Source: Narcine bancroftii
Lineage: Eukaryota
Reading direction: 5' to 3'
Length of the DNA stretch: 64,000 nt
Assembly: GCF_036971445.1 (NCBI RefSeq)
Contig: NC_091469.1
Location: 453,158,001 to 453,222,000 of the forward strand
Shown here: piece by piece, positions 63,066-64,000 of the stretch
Layout: every line of letters begins with the position of its first letter
Numbering within the stretch: the stretch's first letter is position 1
Notes under the pieces: generated by a model
Told to the model about the DNA's origin: nothing
Database searches by the model: none
What the model saw: only the letters and a program-made list of their open reading frames with translations
Translations under genes and position numbers: made by a program

Positions 63066-63519
63066 ACATGCATGCACCAAACAACCAAAGAAAATAGCGC
63101 ATGCACAGATGCAACATGGTACTGAAAAGGGGCTGCAACTGAACACTACCTCTTAGTTCAGGAAGAGTTTTTAATCCAGTGCCTATCAGGATCTTCAATC
63201 TCCCCTTATTACTCTAACCAAACCATAAATTAGTGCAAGCTTGCATGCACTTTTGAAAGATTTTTTTCCCATTTGCTATCAGCAACTGTGAACAATTATC
63301 TATCTGTCCTTTTATATTTATTATCCTTTTTCTGCCTTGGCATATTGTGGTAATTTAATATATACTACTGTAGTTGGTGTAACTTTTGTTTGGTTGTAGT
63401 AAGTGAGAATTTCAGTACATCTGTGCAATGTGCTTGTATGACAATAAACTCTCATTACTCATTTATCTTCTCAATCTGGAACTGTTTAATGATAAACACA
63501 CATTGGTTCGCCACAGGCT

Positions 63520-64000
63520 CTGACAAGTCAGCACAGAATGGTTACAGCAGAGAAGAAAGCGATTCAGCCCATCATGTCCACCGTCCATGCAGCTGACCAC
63601 CAGAGCCTCACCACCGAACCCTCCTCTGTAGCCTGCAAATCCTTTCTCACCACATCAAATAGCCCATTGAAAGCTGCAATAAAGCCTGCCCCCATCACCT
63701 CTACAGACAGTGCATTCCAGATTCCAGCCTCGTGCTGAGTCAACTCCTCTTATCACTATTATGAGAATGGCCATTCTGTCCAGTCACCTCCCCATTTTGT
63801 AGTCTTCTGGCATGTCTTCCCTCAGTCTTGTCTTATTGAAAGTAAACACTCCCAGCCTTTCCTATCAGTCATTGCAGCTGTAGTCCCTTATTCCAACAGC
63901 CATTCCTATAAATCTGCCTTGGACCCGCTTTCAAGTCTATACAACCTTCCTACAATGAGGTAACCAGGTGAGGTTGATGTCATGTTTACCAAAGCTTCAG
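63520..64000 (-). mobile_element. Old degraded CR1 3' fragment
   Basis: Reverse strand LGVFTFNKTRLREDMPEDYK resembles CR1 LGLFSLE.RRLRGDLIEVYK; cattccagattc 3' motif. Confidence 0.6.

Noticed and set aside
61521-63146. Mucin- or extensin-like Pro/Thr-rich ORFs
   Set aside because: Translation of a 38-39-bp minisatellite whose frame shifts from unit to unit.
63780-63815. RRLQNGE|gt as the missing upstream KIAA1217 exon
   Set aside because: The surrounding sequence is a decayed CR1 C-terminus and lacks the expected KVY.KDP..AF residues.

Overview
Eukaryotic vertebrate genomic DNA. The repeat content (abundant CR1, Rex1/Babar, Penelope-like, V-SINE-like and RTE elements) suggests a cartilaginous fish, probably a ray; the species is an inference. 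The whole window appears to lie inside one large minus-strand gene, the KIAA1217 (sickle tail, SKT; paralogue of SRCIN1/p140Cap) orthologue. I resolved five consecutive coding exons with canonical GT-AG sites and compatible phases: 47812-46995, 34796-34698, 34611-34565, 31209-31052 and 4306-4131. The rest is intron packed with decayed transposons: a near-full-length CR1 LINE, a near-full-length Rex1 nested inside a CR1, L1/Tx1 and Penelope fragments, a decayed Gypsy LTR element, three copies of a compound hAT MITE, and several minisatellites. Most ORF-track entries are TE remnants or repeat artefacts. The best mechanistic leads are (i) a Gypsy element with no tRNA primer site but a perfect 14-bp complement to its own LTR, suggesting self-priming, and (ii) a MITE family built from two mini-MITEs that moved as one unit. 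I see no CRISPR, rRNA, tRNA gene or prokaryote-type system, and no clearly new multi-gene system. Family and orthology calls are from memory of motifs, not database searches; TE boundaries are approximate unless stated.
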